Origin: Takifugu flavidus
Lineage: Eukaryota
Direction of reading: 5' to 3'
Assembly: GCF_003711565.1 (NCBI RefSeq)
Contig: NC_079534.1
Span: 9,653,991-9,717,990 of the forward strand
Length of the DNA stretch: 64,000 bases
Each line of letters starts with the position of its first letter. The stretch's first letter is position 1. The notes beneath the pieces were generated by a model. That model had not been told where the DNA came from and did no database searches. It worked only from the letters and a program-made list of their open reading frames with translations. Both the position numbers and the translations under genes were made by a program. Below are positions 11,201-23,734 of this stretch, in pieces.

Positions 11201-13139
11201 TGATGTCAGCTGCTTTGATCCTCAAACTAGCATGTAGCTAGCTAGTTCAGAAATAGACAGTTTCTTGTTTTTAAAGAAAAATCTGAAGAAATAGGCTAGC
11301 AATGCTGCTGTCGGGCAGTGCTGGTTGAAAACCCTTGGTGTAGACAACTGAACCAGATTGACCAACCAGTTAAAGGCTCAAGAAACTTTCGCTGATGTAA
11401 AGTAAATTTAAGTACTATCACAATTCACAACTGCAACAATTCTAATAGCTAAACAATGCGGTGTAAAGAGATCATTCTTTCTATAATAAATGCTTTATTA
11501 ACTGAAAGTAGTAATTCATAAACCATAATTAGTAAGTAATTCATAAAAAAATCAGTTTAACTTCCATTATAATATTAATGTATTTTTCATATGTATGTTT
11601 CGTTGCATTGATTAAATTACCATAAATAATAAACAATAAAGAACATAGGTCAGGACTCAGCAGTCCACTTACCCCAAAGGAGAGCGGGTATGCGGCTCTA
11701 GAGCCGCGGTTTGCCGACCCCTGACTTGGTTATAGGTAAAAGAAAATCACAAAAGACATCTCTCACACACATTTATTGTAAAAAATACATATAAAAACAA
11801 TGTCTGAGACATACAAAAGATTGTAGCTTAGAAACAGTATAGTGAACAGACATGGGACAAGCCATTGTTTTCTTGAAATGCATTACATATTTACAATTTA
11901 ATAAATAAAATTCAATTTATTAATACCAGACAATACAGATTGTCCATATCCTGGGGATGCAGCTCAGTATGGCAACTCTTTGAAAAACATTCGGTACCCC
12001 GGCCTAAATAGGGTATGCGCATAAGATCAGCGCCCTGTGCCATTTAGTAAACACCATCATTGGGTGTAGATTATTCAGTTAACATTGTTTAAAACTGAGT
12101 TATTGCACCACATATTTTACATGGAATATGAAACCAAATAAATGTAATGTGCAGATTTCACTGCCTTAAATCAACAACCAACCACCATCTTGAATCCCAC
12201 CCTGCTCAAACACAAACATTAATATCTCCTCCCTCTGTGTTCAGGTAAACAACATCAGGATTTATCAACGCAACTAATGTAACGCAATGATGAATGCAGC
12301 CCACTATTTTTGCTTTGAGAAATTTGGCATCATTTTTAAAATTACCAGTGCACAACCATGACACATGCACTTATTCCCCTCTTATAGCAAAGTAAGTCAT
12401 AACACTGCCAACTGCTGTAGAGCAGGGTAAACTCAGAAGGAGATGTTTGAACACATGGAATAAACTTGACTTTCAAACAGAGAGCAATAGAAAGCTGCTT
12501 TTACTCTTACCCCCAAACCCAAGTACTATCTGCATTAGGCCACATTTGTTGAGCAGCCTTGAGAGACAAGACAAAAAAAAACAAAAAACTACTCGCACAA
12601 GAACCCCTTTACCAGGAAAAGCCTTTTTAAAACACACACAAAAGTTCATTTTAACACATTTATCAAAAAATCACCATCATTTCATGGTATATTTGAAATC
12701 AGAACAAAAAGCAAACCAGGTGTGGTAATAGTTCAGTTATAGTCAGGTGGCAGGTGTCAATAGCCTCCAGTCTTGGAAAGAGAGGCAGAAAAACCTCATG
12801 GTGGACCTGGCTTTTCCTTTTCCCTTCAATCAGGTGTTTGGCCAAACTGTTTTTCTGGTTTGTCCCCTAAATCATGACTATAGCCCATTATTTGCAAACA
12901 GGCAACAATAAGGGAATGATAGGACAAAATCAAAACCAATTTCAGACGTACATTAGGATCACATGGACGACCATGTTATGAACCACTGCCACAGTACAGG
13001 ATGGTCTCCAGAGCTCAAATCCAACATTACATTTTAAAAAGAGCAGTATGCTTGTCTATGCAGACTTCTGAGTGAATAACACAGACAGCCACATACTTTC
13101 AGTTCTGAGTAGGACATTTCCTGTCCATGGTCATCATAA

Positions 13140-13165
13140 TAACACACACACACACACAAACACAA
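13140..13165. repeat. (CA)n microsatellite
   Basis: cacacacacacacacaaacacaaaa. Confidence 0.9.
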
Positions 13166-16100
13166 AAGTGCTCAATTTGGTGCTAACACTTGCGTCATCG
13201 TGGCCCTGCGAAATACCTAAAACCTTTCTAAAATGTAGCGCCACATTAAGCTCAAAACTGAATGAAAACCGAGGAAACTATAAAAACAAAGAATCCCCTA
13301 AATTGCCCTGGAATGTTTCCAGGTTAAGAAGAAAAAACAAAACAAAAGGCATGACCCTAGTCAGCAAAAACAGCCCCAAACCTCCAGCAGGTGGGAACTA
13401 AAGGCTTGCTCAGTTGGGGTTAGCCGAGGAAAAAAAAAAACATCCACCCCAAATACTTAGATACATTTGGAGAGAGATAAAATACACAGGAGAAGATTCA
13501 TTGTCACAGTTTAACAGTTTTTTTTTTTTTTAATACTCCCAAAATTCAGAATCCTTGTGAACAAAATTCAGGGATATTTGGGGATCATGGACTTCTATTT
13601 TTTTAATGTTCTGCACATTCAGGTGCTTAACCTAATCCACTTGACAAGGACCTCTTCCAGATGTGTAAGCAGCTGTTTACTGGCTAGAAGGGACCAACAT
13701 TGGACATGTCTGAATGAAGAGCACTAAGTGGTCCTTAACTGAAGCATCTCCCAAAAATCTTTTGTTCTTGCCTAAAATATTGGTCCACTAATTAAAATAG
13801 ACAGTGCAACCTTGTTTTTTGTGTATATACATTTTTAACTGGGATTCAGTGTAGTCTCCTGTAAAAAAAATAAAAACACAAGAGTGGACTTAAGACATTT
13901 AAAAAAAAACAAAAAAACTGATTCCCATTAAATACATTCTCTAAATAACCCCATGCAATATGGTTGAAACCTATAAATGCATTGCTTTTAAGTGTCATCA
14001 ACACCTGAAATATTCTAAACTGAAGTTAGTTTAGAGCCTTAACGCAACTCTTTAGAAACAGACCTAAAAGAAACCAGCAAAGGCCAAATATTGGGACAAA
14101 TATATCAAGCCAGACTGGTTAGCTTTTTTCCCCAATACCGATTTGAATATACTGTACATACATATACAGTGCATAGTTTTCCCTTTTAGTATTATTGCGT
14201 AATTTGTTTATGTAGATGTGGCGACTATAAATTTCCATGTTCAGTGACTTATCACATCGATGTGAGTAGATTATGCTGTACTGCTGATGAAATTTGAATA
14301 CTTGTTCATAATGTCGCATCGGCTGATTTATTTCCGAGCCATCAGCAGGTAAATTGGCGGACCACATGCTGGAAACAACTAAAGGTTTTAAAGTCAAATG
14401 AACACATACCTGAGTCATATTGATCATTATGAAGAACTAATGTGGCCCGTGAATCAATCAAAGGGATGTTCAGGGCAGCAGGGTTTTACCTTGGACCAGG
14501 AATCAATGCAGCTGCAGGAAGAAAGGAAAAAATAAAAAAGATGGAGGGAAAAGGGAAACAAGAAATAGTGTTTTTGCACCAATATACTTCAGCTAAGAAG
14601 CAAATGAGATTGTGGAGGGTCAGGTGAAGGGTCATTAGGGCAGAAGATAAAGTTTCAGTTTGCTGCTCAGACATTGTATACAGCAATGTTTAAAGATTGC
14701 CTAAACTCTCTCACACGCTCTCTTTTGGTCAGCAAATCTACCATATCTTAAGGCCAGTCCTGGCAGATAAAGAGATGTTTTGCAATATTAATTTGATATT
14801 TCACCAACATATGCTCTTGCAGACTGGTGGATAAAACCCTTCCAAATATACATTTAGGTGGTGATTTATTGAAACATTTAGTCTACATGCATTTCTATCA
14901 GCATGTCTCATGTGTGGCTAAACTCTTTTATAAATTATATAAAAATTATATGTTTTTTCCTTGTTTGATGTGTTTTACTGCTGTTGCCATCATTTTGATG
15001 ATTTGCTGTTGGTAAATAGTGGTGTTCAATGAAAGTCTATGGCATTTTACAATATAAGATAAGATTTTTCTCTCTCAAAATGAAGTAGTTCTCATGTTTT
15101 GGGTCAAAGATCTCAAAATTCAGTCGCAACTAAGTTCATACCTATTAGTATTCTAAACGTTTTTAAGACTGAGGTGCTACTGTGTCATTCACAGCTTGTT
15201 TAAACAATATATACAAATGCATTTTCATGACCGCTAATATTTATTAATGCAGTGATTAAACAAAAATATTGAAAGTTCCCAAAGCCTTTGTAAAAGCCTT
15301 TAGTTTCAGTACAACAAAATGAAATGGTAAGGTTAAAGCAGGCTGATTTGATTAGTAAGCTCTAGTTTGCATTTTTAATATAAATTTTGATAAGCTTATA
15401 CTACCTATCGTAACATTTTGACTGGATGTCTAGAATGACTTGTAAATTGTTCATGTTATAGCAGCACCATATTCACCAGTACCGTCTTGTAATAATAAAC
15501 TGGTATGATGCAGAAAGCCTTCCTTAAGAGCGGAAAGTAGATATTTTTTCTTTTCACAATTTACTTCTTAGTGGAAAGAAACACAAACTGGTGTTTTGAC
15601 AACACATGTGAAGAGATTTTCCTTCCTTAACAAACTCCATATGTGTTAAGTTACTGGTATGTAATGCCAGGTTTCAGCTTCTTGAATAATGTCAGTCTGC
15701 ATTTTGCTGTAATACAAATGCACCCACTGAATTTTATTACCTCTTATGGTAGACACAGAGACAAGCCAGCCTGGCAATGGTTTCTCCCTGTAAAAGATCC
15801 TCCAAACAAATGGAACACTCTCCGCTGTCTTTACTGAGCACGTCGGCTGCAGACAAACACACACCCAGCAACCATAAGTTTTTCCAGCCTTTTAAAAATA
15901 CATGCCATCTGGCTTAGTTCAATGACAGGACACTTACTATTGTAAGGTAGGGGTGGAGATGTGAGGCAGCTCAACAAGTGATCCTCAATCCGACCCCCTG
16001 GGAAGGGCTTTGAACAGAAAGGGCAGCGGATATCTGCTCAGAGAAAAGGCACGAGAGAGATTTAAAGGTTTACATCTCAGAGAGAAATTATTTATAATTG

Positions 16101-16829
16101 TTCACATGAGACTGACAACAGGGGAAGTGTTTGGACTACTAGAACACAGAATGGCTTGGTGAAGTGAAAGCTGGACTTAACCACTGGCTTTTCTGCATTT
16201 TACTGTAAAATTGCTCTCTTTAAAAGTGGGGATGTTCTTATCAATAAAAGTTTAGTTAGACACCCAGTAGTGCCGATGGCATGCTATGACCATGTGTGGA
16301 TGGAACACATTGGTTATAATGGTACCAGACTGTCTATGTTGCCATCCTCCATGAATAGGCAGTTAAACTGTGACACGCATCACTACATATGCTAGATGAC
16401 TGTCCCTGCTGTTAGGAAACATTTCACTTCCTCCTCAAAACTGCCTTCATGTATTGCAGCATCTTGCACAACCATATAGGTAAATTTAATGTTAAAGTAG
16501 CAAGCAGCAGGATTAGGCCACAGATTCTGTACAATATCTCCACTTTCACACCAGGTTTAATTCATACAAATGGTTCCATCGTTATTCTAGTCAGCAAGCA
16601 AGCGCCAGAGAAGAGAATATCTTTTTTTTTTTAAATTTGCCTTTCTAAATAATACACTGAAATGTCAGCTTGGAGGGGACACCTTTGAGAGCTGCACCAG
16701 GGTTTTGACTATTAAATTCAATGGATGATACATAGCTAAAATGAATTCCTCTCTCTCTTTCTGGACCTTAATCAATAAATGAAGTTTACCACCCTGTTCA
16801 GGCATAGTATGAAATCAGGTTGTGTAAAT

Positions 16830-17450
16830 CAGAACGTACTGCCATGCCGATTGTTGACGCGATACAGGCCAATCCAGGCTTCTGACACCGGCCTCTGGTG
16901 GATGCCTCGTACCCTGGAGGATCTTGCGCCGGTGCTGCGAGAGGATGAATGTCGATTCCCAGGCAATCGCTCAGAAAAAGTGCGCTGGGGTGTACGATCT
17001 GTTTCTTCTCTCGGTTGATGTTCTGATGCGACCGGAGGGTCGGGGCTTATGGTTCCGCCTTCCTCGGGTCTCCCCTCGCTGTTGTCACTAGCGGGTGACG
17101 TTTGATCGGGGGCAGATGGGATGCTGCGGTGGTCAGCGGGGCTGCCATCCATACTCGCCACACGATGTCCGTGGTCCAAGTCGCTGCCTTCTTCCGATCG
17201 GCTTCCGTTTGTCTCGGTGTCCTCGAAGCTGCCAGAGAAGTCGACCATGAGGCTGGTGGGTCTGTCACATTGCGGCCGGCGATAGGAATCTCGCTTTGAG
17301 CCATCTTTTTCGAAAGCAGGGGAAAGTGATTCTTCCTGTATGCGACTGGCTCTCGTCCCCATCTCTGGTGTGCTACCAGGCTAAATTAGATATCTAGCCG
17401 CACTGCTTCCTCAAAACGAACTACAACTAAACAAGGGGCTCTTGAGAGTC
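16830..17450. promoter_or_regulatory. CpG-rich island; candidate bidirectional promoter between a minus-strand ORF and the TEP1 5' end
   Basis: Locally high G+C and CpG density (cgatcgg, gcggccggcg, cgcgata) in an otherwise AT-rich region. Lies about 1.1 kb upstream of the TEP1 start exon. Confidence 0.45.
16911..17362 (-). CDS. Putative first coding exon of an unidentified minus-strand gene. Begins MGTRASR (N-myristoylation-like MGxxxS/T); S/E/P/D-rich and predicted disordered. Possible donor GTACGA at about 16905-16910
   Basis: ORF track 16829-17362 (177 aa) inside the CpG island. ATG context agagATGG. Caution: GC-rich DNA also yields long spurious ORFs, and two antisense ORFs overlap. Confidence 0.3.
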
Positions 17451-18484
17451 AAAAACCGTACCTTAAGGTTTCGTCTTCTGGCTGGCTACTCCAATTACGA
17501 TTAACAACCAAATTTAGTGGAAACACTAGATGTATGTAATTCTTCTTCTTCTGTTTTCATTTTTTTGAATTCCCCACATTTTCTTTTCTTTTTAACGGCC
17601 TGTCTCCCCACTGCAGCGGAAATGGGGTATACACACTTCCTCTCTCGTTACGGTAATATGACTGCGCCGACCAGGGAGTTGAATATTCAGGCACTTAATA
17701 AAGAATGTATCACGGTTTTGTGTCTTCATGTGAGTCGTTTTTAATTTAACCCTCTACGGATTGCTGTCTTTATTTCCTTTTGATATTTGTGAGGAGTAAG
17801 TAGTTATATAGAGAGTATTACGGTAAAAGTGTACGATAATAATACTGGCCAATCACCGCTCTCAACCGAGTTTCGCAAGCGAGTCGGCGTATCAGGAAAT
17901 GCTCCAGTCAGTCCAAACCATTACCTACTTTTGCTGAACTAAGTTGCTGTTTGTGCTGTATTCACGAAGACGTACCTTCTTAAACCAGCGTTTATCGTTG
18001 TTCCTACAAGTGAAATCTGTCTGCGTGGTAGGTTTCATACTCATTATAAATGTTGTAAAGAGTTAAACGCCGCAACTACAGACTCTTGAGCATGACTCAC
18101 TATAAAGGTCCATTCCTAAATTGAATCTAAACTAAAACCCTAGTGTTTTTTTCGTTTTCACTTTTAATATATATCAAATTTCAGTCTCAACCAAACCCAA
18201 CTGCTAAGTTTATTTTAATTTGTTAATTAATCCATGTTAATTAAGAGTTGCTTATTGTCCTAGCTTATTTCTTCATGAGCTCACTGACTCCAAAACGATG
18301 TAGTTTATTATCTTGTGAAGACTTTGGACCAGAGCAACACCCATAACTGCAGTGCTAGAGAGATTTCTCAAACAGTCATTCAACAATGTTGCTGAACTAC
18401 ATGTCCTAATGTTATCAAGTAGTGTAATTCAGACTAGAGGAGAACCTCAGTCTTTGACCTCCTTATTGATGTTTCTCTACACAG

Positions 18485-18952
18485 ATGAAGGCAGTTAATT
18501 TGCAGCAGAAAAACGTGACCAAGAGGGAGCAACAGCCCTCAGCATGTGGGGGAAGTTTGTCTTCTAACTATGAACCTCTGAATTTGGAGAACAAATTCTT
18601 AGCTCAGACATCCACAGTGATTCCACAAGCCTGCTCTCTTTTGTTAAACCATGCAGCACAGCCTTCATCTTCTCCTGCTCTCAAGCCCTCCAGCCTGTCT
18701 TCCACATCCTCTTCCCTCCTTTGCACCTCTTCATGTTCATCCTCACTTACATCGCCTCTCCTTAGCACAGAAAACATGCTTCTGTCCAGCCACTCTGTTC
18801 TCACAACTTCTTCCTGCCTTACATCTGTGGCTAATGAATATTTAGTCTCCACCTCCCTCTCCAACACTTCATTCCTTAATCAGTTTGTGCCTGCTGAAGA
18901 TGGAGAAGAAAGCAGTGAAGTAAAGCCATTGTGTTTGGAAGAAACAGGTTTG
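18485..18952 (+). CDS. tep1: tep1 coding exon 1 (ATG 18485; donor TTG|GTAAAT at 18952, alternative CAG|GTTTGG at 18947). N-terminal region with one TEP1-type repeat (EPLNLENKFLAQTS)
   Basis: True ATG immediately after an acceptor-like cacag, which implies an upstream non-coding exon. ORF 18485-19012. Ser-rich low-complexity stretch. Confidence 0.65.
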
Positions 18953-20039
18953 GTAAATAAAACATTCTTTATGGTCATCTTTTACTATTATATTGTTAAT
19001 AATGGTGTTTGATTCAGTTTAATAAATACACTTATACTATTTATGTTATTTAATACTAAAAACTAGAACAAGTCAACATAAGCCTACACAATCTATGTTA
19101 TACACTCCTGAACAAAATTTTAAGAATTCATACTTTGCACTGTTGGATCTTAAGAAGGTTCTAAGGATTGTATAAAAATGCAAAAACAAGAAATGGGAGT
19201 AAACAATTTATTGCAAACAACCATTAAACTGAAATAGACTGTTCATCAGATGATCAAAAGTTTAAGATTACTGTTATGACCTCCTGATGGCAATGGCACA
19301 AAAGCTTTTTCTCTGAACGCAGATGGATTGTTGAGTTACATCATAAAGGCCTGAGAAAATCTCACAGGTGGGATCTCCTTGTCATGCCAGTAACGTTAGA
19401 AGCCATCAGGACTGCCAAGGTTAATTTTTTTCCTCATTGGAGAATAAAACTTTCTTCCACCTTTCAGTGTCCCATGTTTGGTCCTCTTGTGCAAACTCCA
19501 AATGGACAATTTTGTGCCATTGAAGGAGGGAGACAACATCTTTGAGCTTAATTTGGACCAATGTATTGTCCCATGTATTGACAGACAGCCAATTGGATCG
19601 TCAGGCTTAGGGCAGGTGAATTTGTTTTGGCTCTACCACTTGCCTTTTTCCCCTATGACCGTTAATATCTTTTAAAAATTTTAAAACGACTGTTTTACTG
19701 CATCCAACCTAAGCAGGAATAGCGCTCTGCGAGAGGCCTTGCTGATGCAGCTCAACAATTGAACTGCGTTCAAAGAAAGAAAGCTTTACTGCCTTTGCCA
19801 TCAGGAGGTCGTGACAATGTGGGTACCTGACAGAAAAGGACACTGAATCCACATTTTTCATTTCCTGCATAAGAGAAGTCATCTATCCATCTGGCAGCTA
19901 CGTGGATAACTTCTTTTTTAAATGACTATGGGCAAACGGCCTGTAGGGAGTAAATGTTCAGTTTTTCACCATCTCAAGAAAAGTTCTCAAATTTGAAGCT
20001 TTCCTAATACATGTTTGTTTTTTTTAACCTTAAATACAG

Positions 20040-20237
20040 CAACAAATAATTTCAGAAGAAGCTGAACTTTTGGATGAAGGAGATCATGAGGAAAGAGAAG
20101 CTTCAGTGATCTCCATGGAATTAGGTGTCCCAGAAACAGAGGGCAGCCAGCGAGAGTCTGTGGTCATCAGGCACAAAGATTTTGTGGAAATTGATAGAAG
20201 AGAAGATATGACTGAAATGGAGCTTAAAGATAAAAAA
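20040..20237 (+). CDS. tep1: tep1 exon 2 (alternative acceptor at 20056); ...EEAELLDEGDHEEREASVISMELGVPETEGSQRESVVIRHKDFVEIDRREDMTEMELKDKK
   Basis: Acceptor atacag|caa; donor AAA|GTAACA; phase 0/0. Confidence 0.6.
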
Positions 20238-20353
20238 GTAACAAATCTTTTAATTGTATATTTTTTAAATTATGTTTTTGTTATCTAGTAATTTTTTTAT
20301 GTTTTATGTTTTTCTGATAGTTTATCAATGTTGTCTTTCCATCTCTTCTTCAG

Positions 20354-20503
20354 TGTCTCTTGCTGAATGCAGTTTGTTGTTCCTTGGTCAATAAGAGCAT
20401 ACCTCCAGGTCAGAAGGACTGGGACACTGAAAAAAGTGTTTGGACCGTGATTAAAAACATTGCCAGAGACATTTCTGTATCTGACCCACAATTTCTTCTT
20501 AAG
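20354..20503 (+). CDS. tep1: tep1 exon 3; start of TROVE region (CLLLNAVCCSLVNKS...DISVSDPQFLLK)
   Basis: Acceptor ttcttcag|tgt; donor AAG|GTTAGT; like human ...LLEPEFILK. Confidence 0.8.
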
Positions 20504-20707
20504 GTTAGTCTGTGCATGTGTCTGAAGGTGTCTTTATTTTGATCATTTACCTCTTCCTTTAATCTAAACTAATAAATTAAGATTAGCAAATAAGAGAAAT
20601 CTATTTTTATATTGGTCCAAAGCAACCACTGATGATGAACAGTATAGAAGAGGTATAGAACCTTTCATGTAATTGTGTGCTTGTTTTTTTTTCCATCCAC
20701 CATTTAG

Positions 20708-20872
20708 GTGGCTGTTTACACCCGCCAGCAGCTAAACATTCGCATCACTGCTAACTTCTTATTGGCATTGGCAGCCAGTCAGCCCTCCACCAAGCCCCAT
20801 GTTCGCAGATACTTCAGTGCTGCTGTGCAGTTGCCATCAGACTGGCTGGAAGTTGTCAGGATCTATAGTACA
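20708..20872 (+). CDS. tep1: tep1 exon 4; TROVE (VAVYTRQQLNIRITANFLLALAAS...LPSDWLEVVRIYST)
   Basis: Like human ARQQLNVRNVANNILAIAAF...QLPSDWIQVAELY; acceptor catttag|gtg; donor ACA|GTAAAT. Confidence 0.85.
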
Positions 20873-20947
20873 GTAAATACCTGTTGGTTCTTAGTTTTAT
20901 CAGCTTTGTTACATTCTTTTGGTTTTAACTAGTATGTTTGTCTCCAG

Positions 20948-21085
20948 TGTTTCAGTAGCTCTCTGCCAATGTGCTTGAAAAAAGCATTGGTGGACAAATT
21001 CAAGGAGTTCAGTGAATATCAGTTAGCCAAATACAACACACGTAAACATCGTTGTAAACACAACCACAACAAGGGAAAATCCAAG
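20948..21085 (+). CDS. tep1: tep1 exon 5; TROVE (CFSSSLPMCLKKALVDKFKEFSEYQLAKYNTRKHRCKHNHNKGKSK)
   Basis: Like human DKFAQFDEYQLAKYNPRKHRAKRH; donor AAG|GTACGG. Confidence 0.85.
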
Positions 21086-21773
21086 GTACGGAAGCATTGC
21101 TATAGTTGAGCAATATATTACTGTCTGTCATGGCTTACCTTTTTTTAAAATTCACCGTGGTTAAGAAAAGTCATATTGTTATCTTAATAGCTTAATCCAA
21201 TGCCCAAATCCAGTCCTCGAGGGTTACAGGCTGGCCAGGTCTTCTGTCCTACCGGGAAGAAACATGTTCCAGCGTTCTGAAATCACACACTTGTTTTGTA
21301 TTCATTACTCACTAAATAGGGACTTAGCTTCAGTGAACTCCTTAATGCACTCACCGATAAGCTTAAATTCCATTTTCGGACACTCAGTCATGGTGCTTCA
21401 AATGGATCGAATAATAAACACATATCAAATTGATGTTATCGCCAGTGAAATAATTAAATTTGTCTCCTGATTAATTAACAGAAAACACTCACTGGTCATT
21501 TGTATTGTTGCTTTATTATTATGCCAGTATTATTTTATTCTGACGCACCAAAAAATATGCACACTCCCGAGTGCACTATATAGGGTATAGGGGCTTCTAA
21601 TACGGCATGGGTAAAAATTGTTGTTTATCTGCTAGTACAGAAGGCAGAACTACAGCCTTTGAGGACTGGTTTTAGGCACCCATGCCTTAGAGGGAACAGA
21701 CAGTGAAGATGTAAAATAGTTTCCATATAAAATAAAACATTTGTTTGTTGTGTGTGTTATCTTTGATTTTCAG

Positions 21774-21845
21774 AAACCGAGTCATCAGCAGCTGAAGCAG
21801 TGGGCGAACTTGGTCAGATCAGATTCATCTATTCTGTCCAAGTTT
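21774..21845 (+). CDS. tep1: tep1 exon 6 (KPSHQQLKQWANLVRSDSSILSKF)
   Basis: Acceptor gattttcag|aaa; donor TTT|GTAAGT. Confidence 0.75.
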
Positions 21846-22025
21846 GTAAGTTAAAGTTCACTGCTTATTTGATTACAAACTTAGTTTTTATGTTTTATTT
21901 TACATTTGTATTGATCCCAGCAATGTGTCTGGGTTAGCAGTTGTGTAGATTTTATTACATGTTCATGCTTAATTTCAAGACCACCTTTTTGCTTTTTTCT
22001 GTAAAACTCATTTATCTCCCAACAG

Positions 22026-22150
22026 CTGCAGATAACGGAAAGCAAAACAGTTGTTGATAAAAAGCAGAGTGAGTTCAGCTTAAAAAAGATGATCAAAAGG
22101 CTTCATATTAAAGAACCAGCTGAACATGTTATGGCCATCCTTGGAAAAAA
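22026..22150 (+). CDS. tep1: tep1 exon 7 (LQITESKTVVDKKQSEFSLKKMIKRLHIKEPAEHVMAILGK.)
   Basis: Like human FTLKKLVQRLHIHKPAQHVQALLG; donor AAAAA|GTAAGA; ends in phase 2. Confidence 0.8.
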
Positions 22151-22247
22151 GTAAGAAACTCTGAACATTAAATTACATTCTTGAGTTCGACATCATATTT
22201 ATTTCTTCTTATCAAAACACACATGTAAAACTATGTGTTTCTCCTAG

Positions 22248-22405
22248 GTATCCAGCTGACATAAAGGTGTTCACCCATAGTGGAATGAAGGGTGTGTGGG
22301 AGAGAGAAAAAGCAGGGCAGAGAATGAAGCTTAGACAGCCAGAGACATGGGAGCGGCTGCTCAGTCTGAAAGGCAACAATTCCTCCACCTGGGAGAAGCT
22401 TATAG
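22248..22405 (+). CDS. tep1: tep1 exon 8 (YPADIKVFTHSGMKGVWEREKAGQRMKLRQPETWERLLSLKGNNSSTWEKLI)
   Basis: Like human YPSNLQLF...AGKRMKLSRPETWERELSLRGNKASVWEELI; acceptor tctcctag|g; donor ATAG|GTTCAC. Confidence 0.85.
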
Positions 22406-22752
22406 GTTCACATGCAGTTTCTTTTCATTAATTGAAAAAACAAAGAAAAATCAGGTTTAACTGACAAGCTTTTTTAAAAGTGTGAGTGCCTATGATTGAT
22501 ATAAGTTACCTATGAGACTTTTCATTTTTATATCAGTATTTTAGTTTTAGAAATCTATATTAATATATTGTATATATCCTTATTCAGGGATGTATAAATC
22601 TTTGCCCATATGCAGCTGGGATAGGCTCCAGCACCTCGTGAGCCCAAAAGGGATAAAGCAGTCAAGAAAAAAAAATCTGTATAAGGCAGCTATTGATTTT
22701 AAAATCCACACACTGAATGGTAAAAACATTACATTGTCCTCTTTCTGTGTAG

Positions 22753-22862
22753 ACAATAAGTCTCTTCCATTCATGGCAATGCTGAGGAACCTGAGGAACA
22801 TGATTACTAAGGGAATCAGTGAGGCCCATCATAAAAAGATTCTTAGCAGATTGACCAATAAG
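22753..22862 (+). CDS. tep1: tep1 exon 9 ([37 protein letters not shown])
   Basis: Like human [37 protein letters not shown]; donor AAG|GTGACA. Confidence 0.9.
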
Positions 22863-22940
22863 GTGACATGAATTTGCTTGATTGCCATGAGATGGCTTGT
22901 CAGTCGCTTTCTCTGAACTTTGTTTCTGCCACGTTTATAG

Positions 22941-23019
22941 AAAGCTGTTATACAGAGTCGACAGTTCCCCTTCAGATTTCTGGCTGCCTACAAAATCATC
23001 TTGGAGCTTCGCAATTTAG
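22941..23019 (+). CDS. tep1: tep1 exon 10 ([26 protein letters not shown])
   Basis: Like human [23 protein letters not shown]. Confidence 0.9.
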
Positions 23020-23387
23020 GTGAACAAGCACTGATATTTGTAAAATGAAAGAACATTATGATCATAGCAACAGTAAAGATGACATTACGTAAATGATAAT
23101 AACAGTAACAATGGCAATTACTACAATGGTAATCCTGATTATTTTATTCATTTAGGTTTTCCTGGAAATTATATGTATTATTTATATATTCGTTAAATAA
23201 AACCTTCCATTGGTGATATGGTGATATGGTGATATGGGGATGTCTTTGAATTACTGAAATGGTCTGATTAAAGCACTTTCGACGAAATCTGCAACCATCA
23301 CACATTTTAAATTGTGTCAGCAGTGTTGCATGTCTGACATATTCAGCTCATTCTTATTCTTTGCCTTTCTTGTACATTTAACTGCAG

Positions 23388-23574
23388 CATCAAAGCAAAC
23401 TATAACTCCCAGTCAAGACATCCTAAAGGGGATCCTGAAGAAGATCCCTAAGAGTAGACATTTCAGATCTAAGGACTGGGACACAACTTCAAGGAGCAGG
23501 ATCAAGGTCACACTTGGAGTGCCATTTGTGTATCGACAATACCAGCAAAAGAGAGCAGGATTTCAAAAGGCAGT
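23388..23574 (+). CDS. tep1: tep1 exon 11 (ASKQTITPSQDILKGILKKIPKSRHFRSKDWDTTSRSRIKVTLGVPFVYRQYQQKRAGFQKA.). Donor AGT|GTAAGA chosen; alternative GCA|GTGTAA at 23572
   Basis: ORF 23312-23578; phase-consistent with exon 12 acceptor ccag|tcag. Confidence 0.7.
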
Positions 23575-23734
23575 GTAAGAGATTTTGTAATAGCAGTTTG
23601 TTGTGTTTATTGCACATTTGACCCTCCTGTAGAAGGGGAAACCACCTGACGGTCAGCATTTATGGTCAAAATAAAAAATAATTTCTACATGTATTATCAT
23701 ATGTCCTAAGATTTCTGCATTTCTGTTGATCCAG

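Noticed and set aside
11641-11720. Short palindromic segment (ggctctagagccgcggtttgccgacccctgac) as a possible small RNA or tRNA-like gene
   Set aside because: No tRNA cloverleaf or A/B-box spacing recognisable. It partially duplicates 10676-10720 and is more likely a TE terminal fragment. No tRNA, vault-RNA or snRNA gene was recognisable by eye anywhere in the window.
17047-17304. Antisense ORFs 17047-17304 (-) and 17102-17299 (+) inside the CpG island
   Set aside because: They overlap the longer MGTRAS ORF in other frames. GC-rich DNA has low stop-codon density; no start context or splice signals support them.
18604-18867. ORFs antisense or alternative-frame to tep1 exon 1 (18604-18867 -, 18651-18845 +)
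   Set aside because: They lie within a confirmed tep1 coding exon. Low-complexity Ser/Leu-rich tract yields open alternative frames.
19120-19900. Possible degenerate DNA-transposon fragment in tep1 intron 1
   Set aside because: Vague resemblance to Tc1/mariner-like sequence, but I could not identify TIRs, a TSD, or a convincing transposase frame. Left unannotated.
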